A stretch of DNA of 64,000 nt from a virus, in IMG/VR virus record IMGVR_UViG_3300045921_000146, positions 33,515 through 97,514 of that record, one strand, 5' to 3'. Numbering within the stretch: the stretch's first letter is position 1; each line of letters opens with the position of its first letter. The position numbers were made by a program, and so were the translations under genes. Shown here in pieces: positions 43,498 to 54,126 of this stretch. Below the pieces are notes generated by a model. The model worked only from the letters and a program-made list of their open reading frames with translations, had not been told where the DNA came from and ran no database searches.

Positions 43498-45323
43498 GTA
43501 ATATAAAAGTAAAGAAGATTGACCTGTTTAACAATACGTCAGTTACTTACGACCAAACTAAAACTTCTTTAATCGGAAAAATTACCAATAAAACTATTGC
43601 AGGTCGTCAAGTAGTTGGTGCTCCTATAGTTAAGTATCGGAATACTGTACTTTCCAGTGAAGCATTAACTCCAGCCGAAATTGTAATTACCGATAATAAT
43701 CGACTTTTTGCAATTCAATTAGAAGTTGGAGGATTATGTCTAGTTGCCGCATATGACTTAAACACGGCTAATGGCGATTTAAACTACATTGGCAGAATTA
43801 ACATTCAACTCCCAGAACCTCCAGCAACAACCTATACTTACCGTGGATTTAGAGTAGTAGATGACGGAACCACTAACTGGAAGATATTTATATTAACTAC
43901 AGCTAACGTCGCAGCTCATGCTGGTCTTTACATGGCTAACGATTTGGCTTTGTCAGATTTTGTTTCGGTTCCTCCAACAATTCCTACCGCTACTGCTCCA
44001 GGTCAAAAAGCGGTCTATAGATTAGACCCATCAAGTAACATAGTTGATGGAACTGGTCTTTCCGTAGACAAAGTAGGTCAAAAAGTTTATGCACATAGAG
44101 GAGTTTCTGCTACACATACTTTTATTGCATTTAATTATAATGGAACTATTCCTAGTGTAGGTTCGTTGGGTCAAACTACAGCTTTGCTTGATTTTCAAAC
44201 CGGAAACTTGCCTGCTCTAACTGGTACTCTTCTTTTAACCAACTCCGAAGAAGTAGTTACCCCTAGTTCAGGGCCAAATTCAGGTCAACCTTGTATTGCC
44301 TTTTATACTAGCTCAACAATGTATCGAGGTAGAATTTCTGATTTAGGTAACGCTGTCACAACTTGGCCTAGTCTAGAAATAGCCAATAATCAAGCCCCTT
44401 TAAATGAAGATGCTGGTTCAGTAACAACTCAAAGAGCAACTTTTTCTTCATCTTTAGATCGAGTAATTTTGCTTAACAGCTCTGCGACTTTTCCATCTAG
44501 TATTATTGTCAAACAATTTACTGACTCGCAAAGAGATATTATCTGTGGAATTCAAAGCGGAGATAATAACGAAAACTTAACTAAAGAGATGTATAAGTTT
44601 AAGACCCCTGCGGCACCAATAGCCTTTGACTCAAGGTTAGGATACGCCGCTATTGTCTCTAACACAACTGGAGCTAGAGGTATATACACTTGTGCTGTAG
44701 ATATTGATGATTTGTATGATTCCACCCACATCATTTCTCCGGTAATTGACTGCGCTGGACAAATTTTTCAAGCATTTATTGCAAGAAGAGTGCGACCAGA
44801 CCTATCTAATCAAGTAAAAGTTTATTATAGAACTTCTGGGTTTGCTTCTCCTACTGGTGGATGGGTAGCGGTATCGGATGATTTAGATTTTAACAATCTA
44901 GTTTCTCCTACTGGACAAATTCAGATTAAGATTGCTTTTAAAACTCTTTTAAATGATCGAACTAACGCCTCTCAACTTTATGCGGCAGAACTTTCTTACA
45001 TCGATTTAAACGCTATTTCAGAAAATTGGGAATATAGTCACGATGATTCAACTCCTGGAAACCCTAGCAGAGTTGCATTTAGGCTTAAAAGAGCGTACAA
45101 CACTTCAGTACCTCAACTGTTCTTTAGAGCTAGAGATTTGTCTGATAACTTGTATGTTCAAAGCAACACGCTTAACGACTCAGGGCTTTTTGAGTACAGT
45201 ACCGATGGTGGAGTTAACTGGCTTCCTTTAGGAACTGTTCCAAATACTGTAGGTACTTTGTTGAGATATACTTTTGCCGTACCCCCAGGTATTGATGTAC
45301 GTCCTAGTATTGGAGAGTCTTAA
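43494..45323 (+). CDS. putative virion structural protein (beta-rich)
   Basis: About 610 aa Thr/Ser-rich; FEYSTDGGVNW Asp-box-like motif. Confidence 0.55.
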   Translation: MSNIKVKKIDLFNNTSVTYDQTKTSLIGKITNKTIAGRQVVGAPIVKYRNTVLSSEALTPAEIVITDNNRLFAIQLEVGGLCLVAAYDLNTANGDLNYIGRINIQLPEPPATTYTYRGFRVVDDGTTNWKIFILTTANVAAHAGLYMANDLALSDFVSVPPTIPTATAPGQKAVYRLDPSSNIVDGTGLSVDKVGQKVYAHRGVSATHTFIAFNYNGTIPSVGSLGQTTALLDFQTGNLPALTGTLLLTNSEEVVTPSSGPNSGQPCIAFYTSSTMYRGRISDLGNAVTTWPSLEIANNQAPLNEDAGSVTTQRATFSSSLDRVILLNSSATFPSSIIVKQFTDSQRDIICGIQSGDNNENLTKEMYKFKTPAAPIAFDSRLGYAAIVSNTTGARGIYTCAVDIDDLYDSTHIISPVIDCAGQIFQAFIARRVRPDLSNQVKVYYRTSGFASPTGGWVAVSDDLDFNNLVSPTGQIQIKIAFKTLLNDRTNASQLYAAELSYIDLNAISENWEYSHDDSTPGNPSRVAFRLKRAYNTSVPQLFFRARDLSDNLYVQSNTLNDSGLFEYSTDGGVNWLPLGTVPNTVGTLLRYTFAVPPGIDVRPSIGES

Positions 45324-45706
45324 TGGCTAACTTTTTGATAAACAATAATTTTTATATTCCTACGGCTAACCCAGGGACTCCTATTATTGCTGATCCAATA
45401 TATGAGTCAAGAGCTGTTTTTTCTATTAACGCATCCAATCAGTTGCAAGGAACTTTTTGGGTGGTTAAAAACGGAGTTCATCTTACTCAAAATTTAGGGA
45501 CAGCAAGCTTTACTGTAAGAGACCAAGATGGTGTTGCTATAGGAATAACCGAGTCAAACATTGTAGCAGACTCTAACGGGTTTTATCATATAACTCCGGT
45601 ATTAGCAAACGTTATACAAGACCTTACGCATTATGTGGTTGAGCTAAGCATATCAGCAGAAAGTCAAATTCGTAAAGGTGCGGTAGGTATTACTTTAGGT
45701 GAATAA
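45323..45706 (+). CDS. putative virion protein
   Basis: Ig-like beta pattern. Confidence 0.5.
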   Translation: MANFLINNNFYIPTANPGTPIIADPIYESRAVFSINASNQLQGTFWVVKNGVHLTQNLGTASFTVRDQDGVAIGITESNIVADSNGFYHITPVLANVIQDLTHYVVELSISAESQIRKGAVGITLGE

Positions 45707-46254
45707 TGGCAACTAGAAGAATTAAAAGCACACTAAATAATCATTATGTTCAGCCACTTAAATTTTGTACTAAAACTCCGTTGATTATTACACCTTCGTC
45801 TTCTTATAACAGTATTTTATTAACTAAGAAACATAAAAGCTGCATATTGTCTACAGCTAATAAAGAGATGATTTTATGGGCCAAGTTTAAGACCTTGGAT
45901 TTTGATGGTATAAATCTTATAGCTTTTATAAATAAAGAAAATAAGAAAAAGACCATAGGTTCTTGTAATTTTAAACTATTCTCAGTGAGTACTGACGACA
46001 ACTGGGATGAAGTTCTTATACACGAGGAGCTAGTTACTAATCCAGGAAAATCAGCAAAGCTTCACATACCCCAAGCAATCTTAGGAAGCTTTGAACTTGA
46101 TGGCGAATTTACTGTTAGTGTTGAAGCAGAAATAAAAATTAGAGATAAAACTTACAAAAAGAAAATATATGTAAATCATCTAGGAGTCTACGACAGCATC
46201 TTTAGGTTACAACAAGATGTAGAGTTTTTAGATATTACAAAGGTGGATGAATAA
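45706..46254 (+). CDS. hypothetical protein
   Basis: Coupled in operon. Confidence 0.5.
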   Translation: MATRRIKSTLNNHYVQPLKFCTKTPLIITPSSSYNSILLTKKHKSCILSTANKEMILWAKFKTLDFDGINLIAFINKENKKKTIGSCNFKLFSVSTDDNWDEVLIHEELVTNPGKSAKLHIPQAILGSFELDGEFTVSVEAEIKIRDKTYKKKIYVNHLGVYDSIFRLQQDVEFLDITKVDE

Positions 46255-46745
46255 TGTTACACGTGTGCATTTATGAAAACCGAGTAGTAGAAGTTGTAGA
46301 CGTTGAAAATGAAGAACACTACCATAAATTAACTGCCAAGTACCCAGTAGTTATCTCTATTGAAGGTTTAGCGCCTGAACCTCAAGTTGGTTGGGTTTTA
46401 AATGGTTTGGTTTTGGAACCAGCTAGTATTGAAAACCTATCTCCTGCGGCACTAGACAATTTTCAACAAACAGCTCAAAGACAGTTTGGACAAAAACTGC
46501 TACCAGATTTAATTGATCGAATGGGCGCTAGAAACTTGCAGTTAACTAGAGACCTAGGAAATATAGACGTAGCTTCCATAGCGGGTCAGATGGCCAGTAT
46601 TAAATTGCTTCTAGAGACTGGGGCGTTGAAAACAGCAAGGTCGATTTGCGTTGCTATTTTGCCTTTATTTCCTCAACACGAAGATATTTTAGAGTACGGA
46701 GCGAATAAAATAACGGAGTTCCTACAACTAAACGGATTTGATTAA
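46254..46745 (+). CDS. hypothetical protein (fiber-assembly-like N-terminus)
   Basis: PEPQVGWVLNG motif. Confidence 0.45.
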   Translation: MLHVCIYENRVVEVVDVENEEHYHKLTAKYPVVISIEGLAPEPQVGWVLNGLVLEPASIENLSPAALDNFQQTAQRQFGQKLLPDLIDRMGARNLQLTRDLGNIDVASIAGQMASIKLLLETGALKTARSICVAILPLFPQHEDILEYGANKITEFLQLNGFD

Positions 46746-47259
46746 TATGAAACTGTACTACACGTTCTCTAAAAACAATAAAATAGGCTCTAAACTTATT
46801 AGGTGGTTTAGTGGCCTACTATTAAAAGAGCTAGATAACATACCTTCACACGTAGCACTGGTAGTAGAGTGTGAAAATTTAGTTATGGTTTTTGAATCTG
46901 CTGTATTTGTAGGAGTTCGAGTAGTGCCCTTAGAATCCTGGCTAAGTTTTAATGAAATTTGCTACGTTTTTCCAGAAGAAAATGTTCAAAACGACGTTTC
47001 TGAAATTATTGCTCAATCTTGGAATAAAGGTTACGATTATTTAGGAGTCTTGTATTTTATTGCAGCTTTTATAAATAAAAAGTTATTTAACAAACCTTTT
47101 CCAAAAAGTAACAAATGGTCTTCAGAAAATAGATACTTTTGTACGGAAATAGCAGCTAAATTAACGGGATACGATAAACATGAAATGGCTACTCCGGCTA
47201 AAATGTGTTATGATCTTTTAAAAATAAGAGAGGCTAAAAAATGTCAACAAGTAAAATAG
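46738..47259 (+). CDS. permuted papain-like (YiiX/NlpC-P60) amidase
   Basis: PSHVAL, FESA..GVR, KGYD, YFCTE (His before Cys). Confidence 0.75.
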   Translation: MINMKLYYTFSKNNKIGSKLIRWFSGLLLKELDNIPSHVALVVECENLVMVFESAVFVGVRVVPLESWLSFNEICYVFPEENVQNDVSEIIAQSWNKGYDYLGVLYFIAAFINKKLFNKPFPKSNKWSSENRYFCTEIAAKLTGYDKHEMATPAKMCYDLLKIREAKKCQQVK

Positions 47260-47612
47260 CTAAAAGTTTCAACCCTAAAAAAGCAGTAAATCCAGAATTT
47301 GGAAAAAAGTCTGCTGTAGTTGAAGCTATAGAAAAACGAGATTTTGACAAATTAGATTTAGCTGTAAAGATTATAACTGAAGAAATTGAAGTAGTAGCGG
47401 AATTGGTAAAGCAGCAAAACGAAACCATTAAATTTTTGTTTAAGAAACTAGACCAATTAGAATTAGCTATTCAAAAAAATACTAATTATCAAAAACAAGC
47501 TATTAACTCTACAGAACAAACTATCGTAAAAAAACTTGAAGATTTAAAAGTTGAACCTGTAGAAAAAGTTGAAGTAAAAGTGGAAGAGTCGAAGAAAGGT
47601 TGGTTTAGGTAA
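47241..47612 (+). CDS. coiled-coil hypothetical protein
   Basis: GAGG RBS; ends KKGWFR. Confidence 0.55.
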   Translation: MSTSKIAKSFNPKKAVNPEFGKKSAVVEAIEKRDFDKLDLAVKIITEEIEVVAELVKQQNETIKFLFKKLDQLELAIQKNTNYQKQAINSTEQTIVKKLEDLKVEPVEKVEVKVEESKKGWFR

Positions 47613-47615
47613 TTT

Positions 47616-47792
47616 ATGAAAAAACAGACAACAAAAAAAGAAAAACCTTTAAAACTAACTAAAAGTAAATATCGACAAAATATAGAAGAAGTTTTGACGG
47701 AGGTTGAACTCCTTAGCAAGGAAGCAGAAAACTTTTTTAACACCCTAGAGAAGAAATATTGCGATAAGGGTAAGGAAGATGGCGATAAATGA
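47616..47792 (+). CDS. 58-aa hypothetical protein
   Basis: Not in track; MKKQTTKKEKPLKL... Confidence 0.45.
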   Translation: MKKQTTKKEKPLKLTKSKYRQNIEEVLTEVELLSKEAENFFNTLEKKYCDKGKEDGDK

Positions 47793-48036
47793 AGAAGAAG
47801 TTAAAATACGAGAAAGGTTAACTAGCCTTGAAACTAAGTTAACTTTTATACAATCTCTGTTACAAGAGATCAGGGACGAACTCAAGGACCAACCAACAAA
47901 AGAAGAATTTCAAGCTTTAGAACTTAGGGTATCTTTTTTAGAAAAGACCCAAACATCTTTAGCTATTAAAGTTGGCGTTGGTTCAGGTCTAGTTGGAGTA
48001 ATTGCAGGACTACTAATTAAATTCTTCATGGGGTAA
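47779..48036 (+). CDS. holin/XhlA-like membrane protein
   Basis: ERLTSLETK coiled coil plus a C-terminal TM helix. Confidence 0.5.
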   Translation: MAINEEEVKIRERLTSLETKLTFIQSLLQEIRDELKDQPTKEEFQALELRVSFLEKTQTSLAIKVGVGSGLVGVIAGLLIKFFMG

Positions 48037-48039
48037 ATA

Positions 48040-48789
48040 ATGGCACGAGTCATATCATCCGTGGCAGGGACCAGAACAGAACCTACCGATGGTTATAGTT
48101 TTGTTAAGGGTACAGTAGCCACATTTAAGATTATATTTGAAAATGACGGGCAGCCAGTAAAGGTGGACGCAGGCTCCGCCAGAGCGAGAATACTTTCTCC
48201 GTTTGACGAAGTAAACAACCTGACTCCACAAGTACTGGCTACTTTAGTTGGGGATTTCGTACCAGGCCAAGAGTTTGAGTACAAGTTTGAATGGAATATT
48301 CCAGTAAGTGTGGTTCCAATTGATAACTATATCATTAGTTATGGGGCATTACTGAATGGACAAGAAATTCACTTCGGAGATGAATACTTTACTGTTAAAG
48401 GTTTTGCCGGAAGCGTAGGAATTAAGACTCCGGCCTACGCTACAGTAGACGACGTAAGAAAACATAAATTTAATATTGACTCCTTCCTACCTGAAGAACT
48501 TGCAAAAAGTCTAACAGACCGAAATCAATTAATTCAGGAACACTTAAGAAACGCTACTAGCAGGTTAAGAGAAGAATTAAACCTCAGCAAAGCTAGAGGT
48601 ATGAGCGAAAATTACAGATTGTTTGCTATTTATTATACTATTTGGAGTATTATGCTCGCAGCCAGGGGAGAAGACGGCAGTTCAGTCAGCCAGGAAAACC
48701 TCCAAACTTGGAGAGCTGAATGGGAAAGAATCCTGGCTCAAGAAAAACGAGAAGGAGTATTTCAAGGTATTCCTGTTGGTCGAGGTTAA
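48040..48789 (+). CDS. putative head-tail adaptor with N-terminal Ig-like domain
   Basis: YATVDDVR motif typical of gp6/gp15-like adaptors. Confidence 0.55.
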   Translation: MARVISSVAGTRTEPTDGYSFVKGTVATFKIIFENDGQPVKVDAGSARARILSPFDEVNNLTPQVLATLVGDFVPGQEFEYKFEWNIPVSVVPIDNYIISYGALLNGQEIHFGDEYFTVKGFAGSVGIKTPAYATVDDVRKHKFNIDSFLPEELAKSLTDRNQLIQEHLRNATSRLREELNLSKARGMSENYRLFAIYYTIWSIMLAARGEDGSSVSQENLQTWRAEWERILAQEKREGVFQGIPVGRG

Positions 48790-48805
48790 TTTTTTAGGAG
48801 AAGTT

Positions 48806-49831
48806 ATGGAAGTTAAAATGAAACATAACTTCTTCAGCGAAGCCGAATTAATAAAGACCTTAAAAAAAGACGTTAAAGAGGCTGCTTTTTCTGGAGTAGA
48901 TAAAGCGGCCATGGCGTCCTTATTAGAATTAAGAAGTTCTTTGTTAGAGCAAGTCAAACAAATGCAGGATAGGTCTTCGCAAACAGGAAAACAAGTTAAT
49001 CCAAATAATAAAAAACCTGATATGCCTAAATATAGAGTTGATATTATTTCACACTTATTTGGTAAAGATTATGCAGATTTGGAAATATTTAAATCTAGCA
49101 CTAGAAATAATTTTCCTACTCAATTTGGCAAAGGTTTTTATATAATTAATGAAGGTAGATTTGAGACTGCAATGTCTATCCAGGCAGGCTGGAAACCCGA
49201 AGACTACAAAAGACAATTTAAAAACAGCTTAGAAAATTCATTGTTCGTAGACCCCTCTTCTGGTCAGATACTTTTAATGGACCTCAGCGCATTTGACGGC
49301 GTAAAGTTCAAGTGTGAATATAAAGGTAGAGATGAGGACCAAAGGTTAAATAACGCCGTTAAAAATGGCGAAACTCATATAATCGTCAGTGCCTATAAAG
49401 CTAATTTTGAAAGAGCTATGACTAAAGCTGTACCAATAGGAACAGTTGCAGATATGATACTAGAAGGTAAATTTAGCCAAGCTAAGGACGTTTTATCAAA
49501 ACTATCACATATACCTACTGCCAAGTCAGCTTTAGAAAAAATAGACGATATTAAAAATGGAACCTTAACAGACGCATCTGAAGATTTTGTGGCTCTTACA
49601 AACACCATTAAATTAATAAAAAATATAAGAATAGAAAAAAAAGTTAGAAATAATACCATAGATTATTTATTAGTTAGTACTTTTAATGAGCAAGGAGCCA
49701 GTTTTGAGGCTCTATTTCAACAACTACAATCTCAAATAAGTTTATGGTTAATTAACACACAAGAAAAGTTAGTTCAGGAAATTATAAAATCAATTACTGC
49801 AGCTATTGAAAAATACGGGAGTGCTAAATGA
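48806..49831 (+). CDS. hypothetical neck-region protein (start revised)
   Basis: AGGAG RBS before ATG 48806. Confidence 0.5.
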   Translation: MEVKMKHNFFSEAELIKTLKKDVKEAAFSGVDKAAMASLLELRSSLLEQVKQMQDRSSQTGKQVNPNNKKPDMPKYRVDIISHLFGKDYADLEIFKSSTRNNFPTQFGKGFYIINEGRFETAMSIQAGWKPEDYKRQFKNSLENSLFVDPSSGQILLMDLSAFDGVKFKCEYKGRDEDQRLNNAVKNGETHIIVSAYKANFERAMTKAVPIGTVADMILEGKFSQAKDVLSKLSHIPTAKSALEKIDDIKNGTLTDASEDFVALTNTIKLIKNIRIEKKVRNNTIDYLLVSTFNEQGASFEALFQQLQSQISLWLINTQEKLVQEIIKSITAAIEKYGSAK

Positions 49832-51309
49832 GTAGGACTATTTTTCTTGATATAGAAGAAGCTATTGCTAGAGAGGTAAGAAGAATAACCTCTCAAGATT
49901 TTAGAACAATTGATAAAATAGCCTTCAAAACAACTTACGACCCTTTTACTGGGGAAGAAGTACAACGCCCAATCGAACCTAGTTTCTACGATTCTAGCGC
50001 CGATGCTGCGGCCATCCACTACCCACATTTTTTCATTAAGCTGCTAAGGTCTAGAGAAGACCGTTTCAGCGGCAGAGAGATACCACTCTACGGTAGATAT
50101 TGGATTACAAATAAAATATACGGACCCAAAACCTACGAAGTAATTACACAAGCTTCTGATGGATTTATTAACGCCGTAGGCAACACACTTACTACTGGAA
50201 TTTTAAAAATTGCACTGGTATTGCCAGGACAATTAATCAGAATTTTAAACGGAAATAACAAAGGAACCTACATTGTAGATTCTGTAGTTAAAGACGCATT
50301 AGGAAACCATCAAATAAATGTATCGGATGTGCTGGTTAACACTCTCCCAGCATTTCAATTCGACCCAACTACACGAGTGGCATTTTTTGCTCAAGCGGTA
50401 GACCTCAGTACAATAAAAGTCGGAGACCAATTTATAGATGCAGACTCCACCGTTTTCTCAATACTCTCGGTCGAGCCAGATAATGGCAAAATTGAGTTAG
50501 ACGGAATAGACCTACCTAATGTGTCAGAAGGGGCTAGTATAACTAGATTAGGAGACATATTTACGCAAGTTGATACTACTGCACTATCTTTTCTTATTAT
50601 GGACCCAAATAAACCTGTGTCTAAGTTAGGACAAGATTGCGGCATTGGTAGTGCGGCAAATGTGGCGGCTAACCCCGAAGTGCCGCTAGACGCTTATTAT
50701 CTAATAAGAATCGACTCCAAAACTAAACAAAACCACACTATGATTCTTAATCGTATGTGGGAAGAATTTAACCCACCTAGGACGGCTCTGCCTGTTATTA
50801 GAAGGTCTGCTATTAGCGCAAGATCTGATGTAATGGCTGACTTGTCCATAGGAGATTCGGTTGTCTCAGTAAAGAACGAAGACTGGGCCAACTTTAATTT
50901 GGGAGATAAAATCTATATCTATGACGATCTGAGTCCCAGCAAAAGATCAGATGGAGACGGGTTTGAAAGGCCCTTTGAGGCCAAAATTATAAGTAAACCA
51001 GCTTTAGGTCAGTTAGAGTTAGACACTCCTCTAGACAAAGAATTTCTTCTTACTAGATGCCCTAAGTTAGTTAGTAATGCTGATTTCTTTATGTATATGT
51101 TTCACTTTGTGGACCACGTTACTAAAGACGTTGATGGAGCCCAATACTGGGTGCATGAATTTACCTTTTGGGTACAATTTTGGATTGAGCGTCAAGGTAC
51201 TGGTAAAGAAATTACTACTGTTACTGATGTTGGATTTACTTTAGAAGATAACGACCCAGATGTTGACGTAGACGATCAATATGTTTACGACGACATCGAA
51301 TCTTTTTAA
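49828..51309 (+). CDS. putative tail completion/terminator protein with inserted beta domains
   Basis: Directly upstream of the sheath gene. Confidence 0.45.
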   Translation: MSRTIFLDIEEAIAREVRRITSQDFRTIDKIAFKTTYDPFTGEEVQRPIEPSFYDSSADAAAIHYPHFFIKLLRSREDRFSGREIPLYGRYWITNKIYGPKTYEVITQASDGFINAVGNTLTTGILKIALVLPGQLIRILNGNNKGTYIVDSVVKDALGNHQINVSDVLVNTLPAFQFDPTTRVAFFAQAVDLSTIKVGDQFIDADSTVFSILSVEPDNGKIELDGIDLPNVSEGASITRLGDIFTQVDTTALSFLIMDPNKPVSKLGQDCGIGSAANVAANPEVPLDAYYLIRIDSKTKQNHTMILNRMWEEFNPPRTALPVIRRSAISARSDVMADLSIGDSVVSVKNEDWANFNLGDKIYIYDDLSPSKRSDGDGFERPFEAKIISKPALGQLELDTPLDKEFLLTRCPKLVSNADFFMYMFHFVDHVTKDVDGAQYWVHEFTFWVQFWIERQGTGKEITTVTDVGFTLEDNDPDVDVDDQYVYDDIESF

Positions 51310-51320
51310 CGGAGATATAA

Positions 51321-52796
51321 ATGGCATTAAATACTAATATTGGACCAGAAAGAGTCCAAGTAATTGATGTACCTCTAGGCACAGTTCAGTTGCCTGGTGC
51401 GGCTACATCGGTTACTGCTTTTCTTATTAGTACCTCACAAGTTGGAGCGCCTGTAAACACGCCAACACGAGTTACTGACCTGGAAAGTATGCAAGCCATC
51501 TTCGGAGGTCCCGACGAAATTGCCAATGATGCGTATTACGCTATTCAGGGCTATTACGATAATGCAGGTACTGGAGCAGTAGCTATTATCGTCAACGTCG
51601 GAGCCTCTCCTACTGCTAATAATTGGATTGGTAGTGCTGCAGATTCAAGCGGACTAAGAGCTTTAGACGCACAAGACGACCTTCGTTTGGTGTGCATTCC
51701 AGGTTTGCCCCTGGCTACAGCTTTTTTGGTACACCCAGCACTTATTGACTATTCCGAAACTATTCGAGCAGAGTTTGGCTCTACTTTGTCCACTTGTTTT
51801 TCTTTGGCTACTATGCCAAAAGAAATTAGTAAGGCTAACCAGGACGTAACCGTACACACTACTAAATTTATTAGTGCTACAGGAGGCGGCCCCTACGTAA
51901 TTAGCGTAGAAGACGTAATCTCTGGAGGAACAGCAGACCTTTCTGACGTGACTCCAGGTATGATCGTTACAAACGCTTCAGGTTCTTACGTTTCAGTAAT
52001 TACTGCGGTTAATGACACGGCTGATACTATTACAGTACTAGTAAACCCTTCAGGGTTTTCGGCTGGAGACGACGTACTTATTAAAGTACCTTCAGCAGTT
52101 CGGTACAAAGAAACAGTTATTAACAATCCTTCTAGAACTATGGCTTGGTATTTTAACAATGTCGTAGTTACTGATAGAGGTTCTTTGGCACAACCAGGCG
52201 ACGTTTTGGCAGTAGACCCTGTAGGACATGTAGCAGGCGTAATGGCTAGAATTGATTCCAACGTCTCAATTGGTGGAGTTTCTCATGCTCCTGCAGGTAT
52301 TCAATTTGCAGGTTTGGCAGGAATTCTAGGTTTGAGTTTGGCTCTCTCTGAGAGAGTAGACGCTGAACCTTTGCGATTGAATTTCATCAATCGTTTGACT
52401 TCTTTCCCCGGCGCAGGTAACGTAATTTTTGGCGCTTACACCGCAGATTCTGGAACAAGTCCTACTCTTACTGCAGACGAACAACTAGTACAAGTTATGC
52501 GTTCTTTGCAGTTTATTAAAGCTTCTTTGGAGCCAGGACTTCGACTGTTTATTTGGGAAAACTTCTCTCCCGTAACTCAGGAGCAAGTAGAGCGTTCAAT
52601 CCTCTCTTTCCTAAGAAACAACTCTTACCTGTTTCCTGCAGGCTTGCCAGAAGCACAACAGTTCAGAGTATTGCGAGTAGAGGCCACTCAAGACGACCTT
52701 GACCGAGGTTTGTTGAAAGTTCGAGTACAAGTTAAACCTAATAAGGCTGTACGATTTATCGAAGTTGCTTTGGAATTCCCACTGCCAACTGCTTAA
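51321..52796 (+). CDS. contractile tail sheath protein
   Basis: GHVAGVMARID...HAPAG, VIFGAYT, FIWEN, GLLKVRVQVKPNKAVRFI. Confidence 0.92.
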   Translation: MALNTNIGPERVQVIDVPLGTVQLPGAATSVTAFLISTSQVGAPVNTPTRVTDLESMQAIFGGPDEIANDAYYAIQGYYDNAGTGAVAIIVNVGASPTANNWIGSAADSSGLRALDAQDDLRLVCIPGLPLATAFLVHPALIDYSETIRAEFGSTLSTCFSLATMPKEISKANQDVTVHTTKFISATGGGPYVISVEDVISGGTADLSDVTPGMIVTNASGSYVSVITAVNDTADTITVLVNPSGFSAGDDVLIKVPSAVRYKETVINNPSRTMAWYFNNVVVTDRGSLAQPGDVLAVDPVGHVAGVMARIDSNVSIGGVSHAPAGIQFAGLAGILGLSLALSERVDAEPLRLNFINRLTSFPGAGNVIFGAYTADSGTSPTLTADEQLVQVMRSLQFIKASLEPGLRLFIWENFSPVTQEQVERSILSFLRNNSYLFPAGLPEAQQFRVLRVEATQDDLDRGLLKVRVQVKPNKAVRFIEVALEFPLPTA

Positions 52797-52811
52797 TAAA
52801 GGAGATATAAT

Positions 52812-53375
52812 ATGGCAAGAAGTGCAAATGCTGACGCACTGGAAAAATTTAGGTTCTTGGTAACTTGGACAAATAACGGAGAAGACAACGCTACTCCACT
52901 TGTTCGCCTCGGCTTCCACGACGCCCAGCTCCCCAAAAGAGCTACGAACGTAATCACCTATAGAGAAGGAGTTGATCCAGATATCAACCTTAAATCTCCA
53001 GGATTGAGCACATTTGAAGACGTAGTGTTGGGCCGTGGTTTGTTAGCCTACTCTCAAACAGTAGCAGGCAGAGAATTTTACGAGTGGATGAAATCTGTTC
53101 ATAATCCAACTTCTGGTTTGAAAAAACGAGACGCTGCTGATTTGGCTCGTGCCTCTGACGCCGCTTCTAATAACTTCCGTAAGGACGTTACTATTAAGAT
53201 GTTGGACCGTGAAGGGGTAATAGTTCGTCAATGGACTCTCTACCAAGCTTGGCCTACAAATTTTGTTCCTGGATCAGATCTCGACGCTGGCGAAGACGGC
53301 GAAAAATCTATCGAACAGCTAACTTTAGCTTACGAAGATTTCAAAGAAGAAAATCCTTCAGGCGCAGCAAGTTAA
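52812..53375 (+). CDS. tail tube protein (T4 gp19/Afp1-like), main copy
   Basis: FRFLV, YREG, PG...FEDVVLGRG, FYEW, FRKDVTI, AWP, IEQLTLAYE; followed by a terminator. Confidence 0.9.
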   Translation: MARSANADALEKFRFLVTWTNNGEDNATPLVRLGFHDAQLPKRATNVITYREGVDPDINLKSPGLSTFEDVVLGRGLLAYSQTVAGREFYEWMKSVHNPTSGLKKRDAADLARASDAASNNFRKDVTIKMLDREGVIVRQWTLYQAWPTNFVPGSDLDAGEDGEKSIEQLTLAYEDFKEENPSGAAS

Positions 53376-53383
53376 TTTATTTT

Positions 53384-53408
53384 GGGGGGCTTCGGCCCCC
53401 TTATTTTT
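53384..53408 (+). terminator. intrinsic terminator
   Basis: GGGGGC-TTCG-GCCCCC + T tract. Confidence 0.8.
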
Positions 53409-53418
53409 AGGAGTTATT

Positions 53419-54117
53419 ATGGCGAGAAGTTCTAATTTTGACCCCGTAGATAAGTTTAGATTTAGAGTAACAGTTATTTCCCTTGACTTAAGTGTTGATG
53501 CTGCTGTAGCTACTATTGCTGGACTATCTGGCGGAGGTACTTTTTTTAAAGAAAAATTGGCCATAGTAAGTCGGGCAGGTTTTAGTAAAATAGCACCTAT
53601 GCCCAAAGCTAATGTTAAGGTAATGACTTACCGAGAAAATATAGACAACCAACGTTCAGCTAAAATTCCAGGTTTAGTTTCCTATGATGACGTTACTCTC
53701 AGTAGAGGAGTAGTAAAAGGAGACAGAGACCTTTACGATTGGTTTAGATTAGTGAACGAAGAAATAGCTTTGCTAAATGTAGCTAACGAGCTTACTAGGG
53801 ATAGTAACTTTATACCTAGACAAAGTAGTACATTCAGAAAAGATGTAATTATAGAAGTATTAGATCGGCAAGGAGCCCCTATTAAGGCTTGGTATTTGTT
53901 TAATGCTTGGCCAAGTAGTTACACTCCAGGCAACAGTTTGGACGCAGAAGAAGAAGCCAAACTAGTCGAAGAACTCACTTTGACTTACGAGTTCTTTCTT
54001 GAAATTAAAGGCGGCCCAAACGGACTTTTAGAGGAGCTGGCAAAAGGCTTAGCCATTCTAGGAGCCGGAGCTTTATTGGATAATATCCCAGGATTACCTG
54101 GAGGATTTCTAAGCTAA
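53419..54117 (+). CDS. tail tube protein paralog 2
   Basis: Same gp19-like motifs. Confidence 0.85.
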   Translation: MARSSNFDPVDKFRFRVTVISLDLSVDAAVATIAGLSGGGTFFKEKLAIVSRAGFSKIAPMPKANVKVMTYRENIDNQRSAKIPGLVSYDDVTLSRGVVKGDRDLYDWFRLVNEEIALLNVANELTRDSNFIPRQSSTFRKDVIIEVLDRQGAPIKAWYLFNAWPSSYTPGNSLDAEEEAKLVEELTLTYEFFLEIKGGPNGLLEELAKGLAILGAGALLDNIPGLPGGFLS

Positions 54118-54126
54118 GGAATTTTA